Shown here piece by piece: positions 63,823-64,000 of a DNA stretch of 64,000 nt (position 1 is its first letter; every line of letters starts with the position of its first letter). The translations under genes and the position numbers were made by a program. Below the pieces are notes generated by a model, which made no database searches, was not told the origin of the DNA, and saw only the letters and a program-made list of their open reading frames with translations. The stretch comes from Octopus sinensis. Its lineage: Eukaryota. The stretch covers positions 25,234,001-25,298,000 of the forward strand of contig NC_043010.1 of the NCBI RefSeq assembly GCF_006345805.1, written 5' to 3'.

Positions 63823-64000
63823 GTGAGTCAACATTTTTGTTTTTTTATTTCTATTTTACTCCTTTTGCTTATACTTTTTTTCTGTTTATCATTTACATTT
63901 ACAAACTCTTGATTTCTTAACATCTTCAGTTTGAAAGAAGATGACACATAGATTGTGTGTGTGTGTGTGAACGCGCACATGTGTGCATGTGTTTTTAGCC

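Overview
AT-rich, microsatellite- and transposon-dense eukaryotic DNA. The SINE and RTE repeat families look like those of an octopus genome; this is inferred from repeat motifs, not from a database match. The only host gene family I can support is FANK1 (fibronectin type III and ankyrin repeat domains 1), present as two tandem + strand paralogs whose start codons are about 42 kb apart. The upstream copy (ATG 15974, stop 35098) splices cleanly into an intact 244-aa ankyrin-only protein, and I find no FN3 exons in it. The downstream copy (ATG 58219) has both FN3 exons and runs off the window end. Everything else is mobile DNA: mariner/Tc1 elements, two Tx1/L1-clade LINEs, RTE and CR1 LINEs, Penelope-like fragments with hammerhead-like termini, MITEs and foldbacks with TSDs, tRNA-derived SINEs, and one complete TSD-flanked Ty3/Gypsy element. 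Two leads stand out. (1) The Gypsy element lacks a canonical TGG primer-binding site and instead has 12 nt complementary to the 5' end of tRNA-Phe. (2) The FANK1 duplicate appears to have lost its FN3 domain in frame. No rRNA, true tRNA genes or CRISPR arrays were seen. All alignments were done by eye.
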